DNA from: a virus
Taxonomy: Duplodnaviria > Caudoviricetes
IMG/VR virus record: IMGVR_UViG_3300020294_000017
Location: 1-33,478 of that record
Length of the DNA stretch: 33,478 nucleotides
Direction: 5' to 3' (one strand)
Shown: positions 8,610 to 19,300 of the stretch, piece by piece
Position numbering within the stretch: position 1 is the stretch's first letter
How the letters are laid out: the number at the start of each line of letters is the position of its first letter
The notes under the pieces: generated by a model
What the model was told of the DNA's origin: nothing
The model's input: only the letters and a program-made list of their open reading frames with translations
The model's database searches: none
Position numbers and translations under genes: made by a program

Positions 8610-9326
8610 ATGCCTTTACCAAAGATTTCGACTCCTTCGTATGAGTTGGTAATTCCTTCAACAAAGAAAAAAATTAAATTTAGACCATTTTTAGTTAAAG
8701 AGGAAAAAATTCTTATCATTGCTATGGAAAGTAATGATGCGAAGCAAATTGCTAATGCTGTTAAGGATGTATTAAAATCATGTATTCTTACTAGGGGTAT
8801 TAAAGTTGAAGATTTAGCTACTTTTGATATTGAATATCTTTTCCTTAATATTAGAGGAAAATCGGTAGGTGAAGAAGTTGAAGTTATGATTACTTGTCCA
8901 GATGATGGTGAAACACAAGTTCCATCAACTATTAATTTGGATGATATTAAAGTTGATATTGGTAAGAAACATTCTAAAGATATTGTATTAGATGATGATT
9001 ATACAATGAGAATGAAATATCCTTCAATGGAAGAATTTGTTAAAACTAACTTTGATTCTGGTAATATTAGTGTGGATGATACATTTAAATTAATTGCTTC
9101 TTGTATTGAACAAGTATATTCTGAAGAGGAATCTTGGGCTAGTACTGATTGTACAAAGAAGGAACTGTCAGAATTTGTTGAAGGTTTAAGTAGTAAACAG
9201 TTTAAAGATGTTGAAACTTTTTTTGATACAATGCCTAAATTATCCCACAAAGTAAAGGTCGTTAATCCAAAAACTGAAGTTGAAAGTGAAGTAACATTAG
9301 AAGGGTTACAGAGTTTTTTCGTGTAA
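8610..9326 (+). CDS. gp26: Baseplate hub subunit / assembly chaperone
   Basis: MPLPKI.TP.YEL.IPS.KKKIKFRPFLVKEEKILIIA...FDIEYLFLNIRGKSVGE...CPDD...LEGLQSFF. Confidence 0.9.
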   Translation: MPLPKISTPSYELVIPSTKKKIKFRPFLVKEEKILIIAMESNDAKQIANAVKDVLKSCILTRGIKVEDLATFDIEYLFLNIRGKSVGEEVEVMITCPDDGETQVPSTINLDDIKVDIGKKHSKDIVLDDDYTMRMKYPSMEEFVKTNFDSGNISVDDTFKLIASCIEQVYSEEESWASTDCTKKELSEFVEGLSSKQFKDVETFFDTMPKLSHKVKVVNPKTEVESEVTLEGLQSFFV

Positions 9327-9356
9327 GTATGGCTCATGAAGATCTTGAGTCATACT
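9314..9356 (+). promoter_or_regulatory. Putative programmed -1 ribosomal frameshift signal
   Basis: In-frame heptamer T TTT TTC (9314-9320), 5-nt spacer, 11-bp hairpin AGTATGGCTCA/TGAGTCATACT (9326-9356). The -1 frame is open into gp51. Confidence 0.7.
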
Positions 9357-9505
9357 ACAAGATAAATTTTGCTTTGATGCAGCATCATAAATATAGCTTA
9401 ACAGAGCTAGAAAATATGATCCCTTGGGAAAGAGAAATATACTTATCTCTACTACATCAGTTCATAGAAGAAGAAAACTTAAAGGCACAACAATCAAATG
9501 GCTGA
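9329..9505 (+). CDS. gp51: Short baseplate hub assembly catalyst (58 aa), possibly made mainly as the C-terminus of a gp26 frameshift fusion
   Basis: MAHEDLESYYKINFALMQHHKYSLTELENMIPWEREIYLSLLHQFIEEENLK; not in the ORF track; stop overlaps the start of the next gene. Confidence 0.85.
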   Translation: MAHEDLESYYKINFALMQHHKYSLTELENMIPWEREIYLSLLHQFIEEENLKAQQSNG

Positions 9506-10961
9506 AATAGCATCACCAATATCAGGAGGAATAAGAGCTGTTAGGAGTACTGTTGCTTCTAATATTTTAACTGGAGGTGCTAGACCACAACAGCAGCAAC
9601 AGGAGCAACCACAAATTGATGGGGCAACTACAAGATTACTTACTAGAAATTCTTTATTATTAAATTCAGTTGTTGTACAACTTGGATCTGTTACCCAACA
9701 AGTAACTGGGTTAAGAAATTCTTTAGAAGTTTTAAAGGAGAATTTAATTGTTGAATCTAGATTAGAAAAATTAAGGGAACAAGCAAAAGCAGTAAGGGAG
9801 AATCAATTAGCAGAACAGCAACTTAGGGAAGGTGGGGAGTCAGCAATTGAGAAAAAAATACAAACCAACTTAGTTCGTCCATTTTCAAAAATTGCTTCAA
9901 AGGCACAACTAACATTAAATCGTTTAGGTAGCTTTTTTAGTACTTTATTTTTTGGATGGTTGACTGCTAATACTGTACGGGCATTGGGTGCTTTATCTAA
10001 TGATAATAGGGAAAAATTTAATCAAATAGTACTTGGAGTAGGAAAGGTTCTTCTAATTTTAGGTGGTGCTTTTATAGCATCTAAAATTGGTATTGGTAAA
10101 TTACTTACAAATATAATTACTTTCAATTTTAAATTGAAGAAATTTAGTGCTGTTGGTATTTTAACAGCACCTTTTAGGTGGATAGGGAATCTTATTAATG
10201 CAATATTAAATAGAATTGGAAATTGGTTCCCGTGGATTATACCTGGATTTTTCGCTAATCAGCAGACTAATAGAAACGAATCTGATACTAAAGTCAATAC
10301 TAACGATATTAATCAGGAACCACCTAAAGAAGAGGGAATGAATGAAGGTGGTGTAGTAGATTGGAATAAAAAAATTAATGAAATAATGAACAACGAGCAG
10401 GAAATTGTTAATCCTGTTATAACTAAAGATGAGAATTCAAAAATATTAAGTTTTGAAGAAAGACTTAAATTATTTGATGAACAGACTAACATTTTAAAAA
10501 AGCAAAATGTTAAGTTAAATAAGAATCAAAATACACTTGGTGAAAATCTTCAAGAGTTAAAAGGAAAGTTCAATGAAATATTTTTTGGAGACACATATAC
10601 TAGAATTGAAGATAAAGGTGGAGATGATGAATTAAGTATAGAACCAGAACCAGTTAAACCATATGTTGCAGATCCAGTATATGTTGATTTTGGATTTAAC
10701 GAACAGGGTACTACTGAAGCAGGAATTAAAGCTAATACTACTGTTATAGAACAGAAGAAAGAAAGAATACAGGATTTTAATCGAGAAGAAGATAATACAC
10801 CAATAATTATTCCAATGGATCAGGGATCTGGAGGTGGTCAAAGTAATAGTGGTAGTACACTAGATCAAGAAGCTAATAGTGTGCCACCAGTTGGTGCGAT
10901 AAATTATGATAATTTATATGTGTATAATACATATAAAGTCTTCCAAATAAGTCCAAGATAA
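9498..10961 (+). CDS. Putative tape-measure/hub-associated protein A
   Basis: Helical/coiled-coil N-terminus, hydrophobic Gly/Phe/Trp segments, located between gp51 and the hub. Function inferred from position. Confidence 0.5.
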   Translation: MAEIASPISGGIRAVRSTVASNILTGGARPQQQQQEQPQIDGATTRLLTRNSLLLNSVVVQLGSVTQQVTGLRNSLEVLKENLIVESRLEKLREQAKAVRENQLAEQQLREGGESAIEKKIQTNLVRPFSKIASKAQLTLNRLGSFFSTLFFGWLTANTVRALGALSNDNREKFNQIVLGVGKVLLILGGAFIASKIGIGKLLTNIITFNFKLKKFSAVGILTAPFRWIGNLINAILNRIGNWFPWIIPGFFANQQTNRNESDTKVNTNDINQEPPKEEGMNEGGVVDWNKKINEIMNNEQEIVNPVITKDENSKILSFEERLKLFDEQTNILKKQNVKLNKNQNTLGENLQELKGKFNEIFFGDTYTRIEDKGGDDELSIEPEPVKPYVADPVYVDFGFNEQGTTEAGIKANTTVIEQKKERIQDFNREEDNTPIIIPMDQGSGGGQSNSGSTLDQEANSVPPVGAINYDNLYVYNTYKVFQISPR

Positions 10962-10965
10962 AAGA

Positions 10966-12315
10966 ATGGCAACTAATCAATCTATAGCCAATCAAGCACT
11001 TATAAAATCTTCTGGTAGTATACGGAAGATTGGTGAATCTATGGCGGCATTTTCAGGTGCTATAAGATCATCCCTCTCATCTTCTACACAATTAGCAAAG
11101 TCAAGTGATAAGAATGTTAGATTTAAGGGTAAATTAATATCTGATGATGCAAAATATTTTAGGAGAAGGAGAGAGGCTGTATTGCGGAGACAAAGAGAAG
11201 ATGTAATAGAAGCTTCCACTACAGGAGGTTCTATACAGAGAGCTGGAAAAATTAGAACTACTAGTACTAAAGGATTTTTGGGGAGAATATTGGACTTTTT
11301 CGGTATAATTTTTATTGGTTGGGGTATTAAAAATCTTCCAAATATTATTAAGGGTGCTAATAGTTTGAGAAAACGAATGATTGATTTATATACTAATCTT
11401 GTTCAGTATAAAGATAGTCTTCTTGAAACAATGAGTAAGTGGAAAGATGATTTATTTTCTGTAGACAAGGCTTTAAAAAATATCAAATATGATGAGGATG
11501 TTGAAGGATTAGAAAAGAATTTAAAGGAAAGTAATGAGGAATTTGGTAAGATAGATCGAGATGCTTTTAATATTTTTAGTATGTTTAATGATCCTAAATC
11601 ATTGGGTTTTGGAATATTTCCTGACTGGACTTGGATGGGTAAACCTGATCCAAATCCACCAGATCCATTAGAAGCTCCTTCTGAGGAAAATGAACCAGCT
11701 ACCTTTAATACAGGTGGTGTTGTTGGTGAAAGAACTTCTAGTGATTTTAGTGGAATTGTTAAGTCTAAAGGTGCTTTTGCTGTAGATAATATTCCTGTTA
11801 AGTTAACCGCAGGTGAATATGTTATACCAAGACCAATTGTTAATGATCTAGGTATAGAATTTTTTGATACTTTGAAGGATATGTTATATCATCCATCATT
11901 AAAAAATATTAATTTGACTAAACCTATTGATCAAGTTTTTAAGAAGGAAAGTATTGGGGATTTTAGAGAGTCGTTCAATAAAAGGTTCTTATTGGAAATT
12001 CAGGAACTAAAATCAAATCTTGAAAATATGAAAATGGAAGATATTCCAATTCCACTTCCACCAGAGGCATTAGAAATTTCACCTAAAGAAGTTTTAAATG
12101 AGATAGAAACTGTTGTTCCTTCAAAGATTAAATCTACCATAGATAATTTAGAGAATTTTATACAGACCAAAAAATCTAAAAATATTATTTTTATGCCTAT
12201 ACCTTCATCTTCATCAGGATCATCCGTTTCTGTTGGTGGTGGAGATTCTTCGGAAGTTATGATTACCCCTCAGTTAAATATTATGAAAATGTTACAAGAA
12301 CTAGACCTATCTTAA
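10966..12315 (+). CDS. Putative tape-measure/hub-associated protein B
   Basis: GFLGRILDFFGIIFIGW hydrophobic helix; FNTGGVVG...DNIPVKLTAGEYVIP motif like tape-measure C-terminal regions. Confidence 0.55.
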   Translation: MATNQSIANQALIKSSGSIRKIGESMAAFSGAIRSSLSSSTQLAKSSDKNVRFKGKLISDDAKYFRRRREAVLRRQREDVIEASTTGGSIQRAGKIRTTSTKGFLGRILDFFGIIFIGWGIKNLPNIIKGANSLRKRMIDLYTNLVQYKDSLLETMSKWKDDLFSVDKALKNIKYDEDVEGLEKNLKESNEEFGKIDRDAFNIFSMFNDPKSLGFGIFPDWTWMGKPDPNPPDPLEAPSEENEPATFNTGGVVGERTSSDFSGIVKSKGAFAVDNIPVKLTAGEYVIPRPIVNDLGIEFFDTLKDMLYHPSLKNINLTKPIDQVFKKESIGDFRESFNKRFLLEIQELKSNLENMKMEDIPIPLPPEALEISPKEVLNEIETVVPSKIKSTIDNLENFIQTKKSKNIIFMPIPSSSSGSSVSVGGGDSSEVMITPQLNIMKMLQELDLS

Positions 12316-12319
12316 GTTT

Positions 12320-13651
12320 ATGTCAGCAAAATCTCCCTCAATTTATGAATATGTTATTATCGAATCTGCGGATCGTTCGAGAAGTATTGATATATCTGCA
12401 GCATGTGCCACTATTGAATATTTTGAAGATATATATTCTCCTGCAATTACTGCTAAGATATTGGTGGTTAATACTGGACAAAGTATAACTGGTCAAGATG
12501 ATAAGCAACTTCAATCTCTTTATAATGGATTACCTATTAGGGGTGGTGAAAGAGTTACTTTTAAAATTTCTGGTAATACTGAATCAAACCCTGGATTAGG
12601 ATTTCTTAAGGAAGATGCTGGTGATCATCTTTATGTTTCTAGTATTACAAATGTTATTAGAACTAGTACAAGGGAGACTTTTGTTTTAAATTTAGTTTCA
12701 AGAGAAGCTTTAACTAATGAAACTTCTAGAGTTGGAAAGAAATTTCTTGGGTTGGAAGTATCTAAACATGTTGAGACTATAGTAAAGGATTATTTACATA
12801 CTGAAAAACCATTAATAGCAGATAAAACTGAAAATCAATATTCATTCATTGGGAATCTAAAAAAACCTTTTTCCTTATTGACTTGGTTAGCATCTAAATC
12901 GGTTCCAGCTTCAGATGATACACCAGGAACTAATGCTACTGCTGGATATTGTTTTTTTGAAACTAGGAGTGGATTTAATTTCAAATCTATTGATAGTATG
13001 ATTTCATCTGAGCCTGTTAATGATGAGCCATATTTTTATACAGAAGTTGTTGATATGCAAGATGGTACTGAAGATAGTAGGATTATTAAATATTCCACAT
13101 CCGAAAATCAAGATCTGGTTGGTAAATTAAGAAAGGGAACTTATTGTAGTTATAGGATGTTCTTTGATCCCTTACATTTAACATTTACCCAGAAAAATTT
13201 TACATCTGATGATTATTTGGGAAAAGCTAGAACTACTGGAGAACGACCAATATTACCTGGAATAGAAGGTAGTGATAAAGATATTGGTGATCTTCCTAGT
13301 AGGATTGTCACAGCAGTATTGGATAGGGGTACTTTTAATCCAGAGGTTTCAAAGGAACAAAATGATTTATCTCCAATGAAAACTCAATCCCAAGCAATGA
13401 TGAGATACAATGTTATTAATACTCAGACATTATCAATGATGGTTCCATCTAATACTAATTTGGAAGCTGGTAATATGATAAACTGCGAATTTCCTTATAC
13501 TACTGTAAAAGAAGCTGGTACTGGTACTGATCCATTACAAAGTGGACTATATATGATTAGAGGTCTATGTCACCATTTCAATCCTGATGGATCTTATACA
13601 TCTTTGGAATTAATTAAAGATACCTTCGGAGAACAAGAGAAACTATCATGA
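12320..13651 (+). CDS. Baseplate hub protein (gp27-like)
   Basis: IEYFEDIYSPAITA...LPIRGGERV...GYCFFETRSGFNFKSID...PSNTNLEAG..I...SGLYMIRGLCHHF; overlaps the gp5 start (ATGA). Confidence 0.7.
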   Translation: MSAKSPSIYEYVIIESADRSRSIDISAACATIEYFEDIYSPAITAKILVVNTGQSITGQDDKQLQSLYNGLPIRGGERVTFKISGNTESNPGLGFLKEDAGDHLYVSSITNVIRTSTRETFVLNLVSREALTNETSRVGKKFLGLEVSKHVETIVKDYLHTEKPLIADKTENQYSFIGNLKKPFSLLTWLASKSVPASDDTPGTNATAGYCFFETRSGFNFKSIDSMISSEPVNDEPYFYTEVVDMQDGTEDSRIIKYSTSENQDLVGKLRKGTYCSYRMFFDPLHLTFTQKNFTSDDYLGKARTTGERPILPGIEGSDKDIGDLPSRIVTAVLDRGTFNPEVSKEQNDLSPMKTQSQAMMRYNVINTQTLSMMVPSNTNLEAGNMINCEFPYTTVKEAGTGTDPLQSGLYMIRGLCHHFNPDGSYTSLELIKDTFGEQEKLS

Positions 13652-15747
13652 TAGAAGAATCCCTATTAAAAAGCAATTTTGTCGGAAGAGATGGTTTTAT
13701 ATGGTGGATAGGACAAGTAGCACCTGAAGATGCTCAGAAAGCTCAGATTAATATGGGTGGATGGGGAATGCGATTTAAAGTTCGTATTATGGGATATCAT
13801 CCATATGAAGAATCTGTATTAAAAAGTGATGATCTTCCTTGGGCTCAAGTTCTTCTAACTCCTACTGATGGATCTGGTAGAGGTAATAGAGCAACTAGTA
13901 TAAAAATATCTCCAGGTGATACTGTCTTTGGATTTTTCTTGGATGGTGATGATGCTCAAGAACCAGTGATCACTGGAGTTTTTGCTGGAACAAATGAATC
14001 TGATAAAGCAGCTTCTGAAAATGAGAAAGGTGGTGAATATGTTTCTCCATTTCAACCGTTTAAAGGTTATACTACAAAGATAAAGAATGATGGTGCATAT
14101 ATTGTAAATAGAGAAACTAATGAGATGACTACAAACTCTCAACCTTCTCCACAACATGTTCCCGTAAAATTATTATCTCAACTTGGTCCAGATGCTAGAA
14201 CTGCCTATAATGCTATTGGTGATACCGTTATTGCTGCTACTCCATCAACATCTTCCACTGTAGTTAAGATTCGTGGTGAAGTTGGTAATATGGTGAGTAA
14301 ACTTCAGTCGATGACAAGCGATGTTAAAGGTGCTGTAGGAAATATCTCTGGTAAAATCTCTAAAGTTATAGGTGGTGTTACTGATTCTATCAAAGGATTA
14401 TCCAAGGGAATAATCAATAACATGACTAATAATCTTTTTGCGAATGGGTTAGCACCTAAATTGAAGGGTGGGTTGGATGTATTATATAAAAATGTTTATG
14501 GAGCAGTTTTATCTGCTACAGGTAAGACAAGTATAGCAAAGAAAGCTGGAGCAAAAGCACAAGCAGCTTTAACAGGACCGATTGGTGCTATTCAAAATTT
14601 ATTACCATGTATTACTTCAAAAATTATTGGTGGTATTGGCGACGTTATTAAAGGATTGCTTCAAGGTATAGCAGATAATGTTCAGAATTTTGTGTCTTGT
14701 ATTGCCGATCAATTTATGGGTGGTTTAATGAACACTATAATAGGTGGCATAGCTGGAATGTTAGGAGGTCCTCTTGGTGCAGTTGGTAAAATTCTTGGAT
14801 TTGTTGGTGGTTTCGATCCTGTTGGTTGGCTTAGAGGTAAGGCAGAAGGTTTAAATGGAATTCTTAATGCTCTGACTTGTTCTACTTCTGAACCAACATT
14901 TAACAAAAAAACTGGTGAGTGGACTATTGGTAAAGGTGCTAAAAATGCTTTAGGTGTTTCTGTTGATGCTATCTTAGCTGTTGCAAATGCTGCTGATGAG
15001 TTGGTAGGTTCTCTTGTTGATGGTGTTCAAGCTATAAGTGTTGCTGCTGGACCACAATCATTAGGATTATTTGATTTCATGAATCCTAGTGTAAGTAATC
15101 CTGGATTTAAGAGTGGATTAGGTGAATGTTATGCTGGTCCTCCTTTAAATTGTGCTGGAATAAAAGTAAATATTTTTGGTGGTGGTGGTACTGATGCAAT
15201 TGGAAAGGTAATTATGGGATCTATTCTTGGTGATGGTGCTGATGCCGTAGGAAGTCTTATTGGAATTGATTTGGTAAGTGGTGGATCTGGTTACACAACA
15301 CCTCCATATGTTGAAATAACTGATAATTGTAATAAGGGTTATGGTGCTGTTGCTAGAGCAGTTATTGATTATGATGAAAATTCTCCAACTTATCAGCAAG
15401 TAACTGACATATATGTTGTATCAGAAGGTGAAAATTATCCAATACCAGAAACTCCTGTTCCAATTGGTATAGATCATATAGTTATTGTTAATCCTGGTCT
15501 TGGATATGATAAAGATGATAAGGTTACTGATGGTGAAAATGAATACGACATTCTTGTTGATAATGATGGGCATATTGTAAATGTTATTCCACCTGATAAT
15601 ACTCTAACCACAAAGAAAGATATTGAAGATCTACCTTTACTTCAAGTTACATCAAGTACAGGGTATGGGGCTATATTAAAACCATCATTGAAGGCGAAAC
15701 CAACATACCAAGGTGAAGTCAAGCAAGTTATTGATTGTATTAGTTGA
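13648..15747 (+). CDS. gp5: Baseplate hub/central spike protein, N-terminal part (OB fold; no lysozyme domain recognised)
   Basis: GRDGFIWWIGQV...RFKVRIMGYHP...DLPWAQV...GDTVFGFFLDGDDAQEPVITG is the gp5 OB-fold signature. Confidence 0.85.
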   Translation: MIEESLLKSNFVGRDGFIWWIGQVAPEDAQKAQINMGGWGMRFKVRIMGYHPYEESVLKSDDLPWAQVLLTPTDGSGRGNRATSIKISPGDTVFGFFLDGDDAQEPVITGVFAGTNESDKAASENEKGGEYVSPFQPFKGYTTKIKNDGAYIVNRETNEMTTNSQPSPQHVPVKLLSQLGPDARTAYNAIGDTVIAATPSTSSTVVKIRGEVGNMVSKLQSMTSDVKGAVGNISGKISKVIGGVTDSIKGLSKGIINNMTNNLFANGLAPKLKGGLDVLYKNVYGAVLSATGKTSIAKKAGAKAQAALTGPIGAIQNLLPCITSKIIGGIGDVIKGLLQGIADNVQNFVSCIADQFMGGLMNTIIGGIAGMLGGPLGAVGKILGFVGGFDPVGWLRGKAEGLNGILNALTCSTSEPTFNKKTGEWTIGKGAKNALGVSVDAILAVANAADELVGSLVDGVQAISVAAGPQSLGLFDFMNPSVSNPGFKSGLGECYAGPPLNCAGIKVNIFGGGGTDAIGKVIMGSILGDGADAVGSLIGIDLVSGGSGYTTPPYVEITDNCNKGYGAVARAVIDYDENSPTYQQVTDIYVVSEGENYPIPETPVPIGIDHIVIVNPGLGYDKDDKVTDGENEYDILVDNDGHIVNVIPPDNTLTTKKDIEDLPLLQVTSSTGYGAILKPSLKAKPTYQGEVKQVIDCIS

Positions 15748-15755
15748 AATAAATA
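15748..15755 (+). promoter_or_regulatory. Late promoter AATAAATA
   Basis: NATAAATA directly after the gp5 stop, 20 nt before the ATG at 15776. Confidence 0.55.
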
Positions 15756-15775
15756 AAAGGGTATAGTATTAGAAT

Positions 15776-16309
15776 ATGTCAGAAAGACCAACAAATTGGC
15801 AACAAAGACAATATCTTTCGTTTGGACCACATTTTAGAATAGAGACTGCTAATCCTCAAATGGGATTAAATGGATCTACTGTGTATGATTTATTCGCACA
15901 GACTGCTAGTGGTGACAAGAGCGTTGTTGGTATGTCCAATGGTGGAATATATCATATTTACAATGATCAGTGTATTGAAATAGTTGGTGGACAAGAAGAT
16001 GATTCTTGTGGACCTAATATAATGCTTACTGCTAAAACTGGTGATGTTTGGATTACTGCACAGCAGAATGGTGAGGTGAAGATAAGAGGGAAGAATATAG
16101 TGGTTGATGCTGATGATGATTTGGATTTAGTTGCTGGTAATAATATAACAATTAGAGCAGGAAATAGAATATTACTTAAATCAAATGTGGCAGATTGTGA
16201 TGCTTTGCGTGGAAATTTAGCACCTAGAGATGTTACTTTTATGGGTCAAGTATATAAAGGCACTAAAGCTGGTCTTGATGTCATACCATCTGGTGGAGGA
16301 ATCACATGA
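15776..16309 (+). CDS. Probable gp5 C-terminal beta-helix spike segment encoded as a separate gene
   Basis: Short beta-strand repeats (GDVWITAQQNGEVKIRGKNIVVDADDDLDLVAGNNITIRAGNRILLKS) directly after gp5. Confidence 0.55.
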   Translation: MSERPTNWQQRQYLSFGPHFRIETANPQMGLNGSTVYDLFAQTASGDKSVVGMSNGGIYHIYNDQCIEIVGGQEDDSCGPNIMLTAKTGDVWITAQQNGEVKIRGKNIVVDADDDLDLVAGNNITIRAGNRILLKSNVADCDALRGNLAPRDVTFMGQVYKGTKAGLDVIPSGGGIT

Positions 16310-19300
16310 CCCAAGAAAAGGAGAAGTTTCCACATAATCCCGATTATGATAGGAAGGATACCAATACGGCATCTCAGATAACTGAATTTAATGATGATGT
16401 TTATGTATATGGTACTCTTTATGCTGATGTATTTGGTTCTGCTTTAAGTGTTGATAATTTAACCGAATTAACTGTTGGTAAGTTAACAGTAGAAGATGAT
16501 GCGTTCTTTGAACAAGATGTTTATATTGATGGAGAGTTATATTCAGAATATTTAACAGTAAAACAAAGATTTAATGTTGGTGTTGGTGGTACTGTTCTTA
16601 CTGCTATATCATCAGAAAAATATGAAGATGACGGGCAGATACCAGGTCGAGTAGGTATAGGAACTTCACAACCTGACGGTAGATTGCAGGTGTCTGTTGG
16701 TGGTGAGGGTCTTGACCCAGAAATGCCAATTGACCCTCTTTATTCTGCTCTTATTGTTACTGATGAAGGCTCTATTGGTATTGGGACAACACAACCAGAC
16801 GGTAAATTCCAGATTGGTAATGAGTGCTTAACAGTTACTGAAGAGTGTAGAGTTGGTATTGGAACTACACTTCCTGATGGTAAATTGCAGGTTGGTTGGA
16901 GAGATAGTGGTTTTATTCTTGCACAAAATGCCACTACTGGTGTAACTTCAGTAGGTATAGGAACTACACAACCATATCAAAGATTGCAGGTTGGTGAACG
17001 TGATAATTCTTTTGTTGTTACAGAAACAGGTACTGTTGGTATAGGTAGTACAGATCCTGGTAATATACCTGGATATAATGTAGGTACAGACGGTCCAATA
17101 AAACTTGATGTAGAAGGATCTGTCAAGATTGATAGGAATATAATTGACTCTGCTGATTCGCCAGGTATTAATGGATATTATTTAAATCAAGATGCGAATG
17201 GTATTCGTTGGATACAAGCATCTCCTATAGAATTAGATGGTATGTATGCCCAAGATGAGGGTGTTTACTTACCAACAGGTGGAACTGCTCAATTATTTAC
17301 TGTATTTAATTACAAACAGATTAATAGTAATGGTACTGGTGTAGATAATTTAATTCCAATACCAAATCCAAATAATCCAACAATGATCTGTGATGTGCAG
17401 ACACAGGATTTCTGGGGTCATAATGGAACTGACATCTATAGGATGACTAAGGTTGGTATTGGTATTAACAATCCAACGTCCACTTTAGATGTTACAGGTA
17501 CGGTTCATGCTACTGGATCGGTTGATTTTGATTCTACTTTAAATGTAGATGGAGATACAACTTTAAATGCTACATTAGACGTAGATGGTGCTACAACTCT
17601 TAATTCAACACTAGATGTAGACGGAGATACAACTTTAAATGCTACATTAGACGTAGATGGTGCTACAACTCTTAATTCAACACTAGATGTAGATGGTAAA
17701 TCAACATTTAATGATGGAACAGATGCGTCAAGTCCTACAGTTGCTTCTGTACAACTTGATGGTGGTTTAGGTGTTGTTAAAAAGGTACATGTTGGTGGAA
17801 AGGTAACTGTTGATGATACCACTCAGTCAACTGATAAAGATACTGGATCTATAATTACTGAAGGTGGTATTGGTATTGAGAAGAATTTAAATGTAGGAGA
17901 GAATGCAAAGGTATTTGGTACATTAGAATTAGAAAGTTATTTAATTGATAAGTTAGATGATGTTGGACATAATGCAGGTAGAGCGAAAAATGATTATAGA
18001 CTGGCTGCTGTTTCTAATGGTGTAAAATGGAGACCTTCTGGAGTAGAGACTAAAAATACTTATTGGGTAACAAAGGATGGAACTGATACTAATACTGGAT
18101 TATTGGAAGGTGATGCTAAATTAACAATAGGTGCTGCTGCAGCAGTAGCACAACCAGGAGATACAATTAAAGTTCGTTCTGGTGTTTATACTGAAAATAA
18201 TCCTATTGGATTACAGAGAGATGTTTCTGTAACTGGAGAAGATTTAAGATTAGTTACTGTAGTACCTTCTAATTCTGATAGAGATGTTTTTCATGTTAGG
18301 CGTGGATGTTTAATTGAAAATTTAAGTTTTCATGGTGTAAATGGTGTAGCAACGAATCATGATGGAAATATGGGTGCTGTTGCTTTCCCACCAACATCAG
18401 TAGATATTAATACTGGAGAATTTTTTGGAGCAGCATCAGGATATACTAATCCTGGACCAGCAAATGAAGGACCAACAGGAAGATATAAGAGTCCTTATAT
18501 TAGAAACTGTACTAACTTTATGACAGGTAGTATTGGTATGAAGATTAATGGTCGTCATGTAGATGCTTCTTTTGGTGGAACAAATGATCTTGGACAAGAT
18601 TTGAAGAGTATGGTGTGTGATTCATTCACCCAATATAATGAGGCAGGTATTGGTGTTTCTATTTCACATAATGCTTATGCCCAGTTAGTTTCTATATTTA
18701 CGATTGGATGTGAGATAGGTATTGGATGTACTTCTGGTGGACAATGTGATTTGACAAACTCTAACTCTTCATTTGGTATTTTTGGATTAGTTGCTGATGG
18801 TGTTGGTGCTGTTGAATTTGATGCAACAACTGAAGAGGCAATTGGTGGAGAATCTGATACGATTAAGTTATTAGATTGTGAAGATTTTAATAGTCCTACT
18901 AGACGGCAAAGAACACCATTTGATGGACAGGGAGCATACTTCCATTTAAATTTGAGTACGTATCAGGATGTTTTACCTGCCTTTACTGGAACTGTAACCG
19001 AACCACTTCAACTTATTAGAGGTATAACAATAACAAATGGTGGTAATCCTGGTGATTATAGTGCTTCTGCTCCTCCTGTTGTTACTGCTAGTTTACCTCA
19101 AGGTCCTGAGGCAATTTTTGCTGAATTTTCACCAAATATAAGTGAAGAAGGTATTCTTACATCAATTGATGTTATTGCTAGTGGTAGGAATTTCTTACCT
19201 AAGAATAATAATGTTTCTACTAGAGATAATACTAAAGAACAGGAAGTTATAATTACTATTTCTGGTACTGGATCTGCAACTGCTGAAGCAGATATGGATC

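Noticed and set aside
9386-9393. CATAAATA as an internal late promoter
   Set aside because: Lies in gp51 coding sequence (HKY) about 105 nt from the next start; cannot be separated from coding constraint or AT-rich chance.
9585-9614. CAA/CAG poly-Gln tract as a contingency locus
   Set aside because: Short, mixed-codon and in-frame; likely just a linker.
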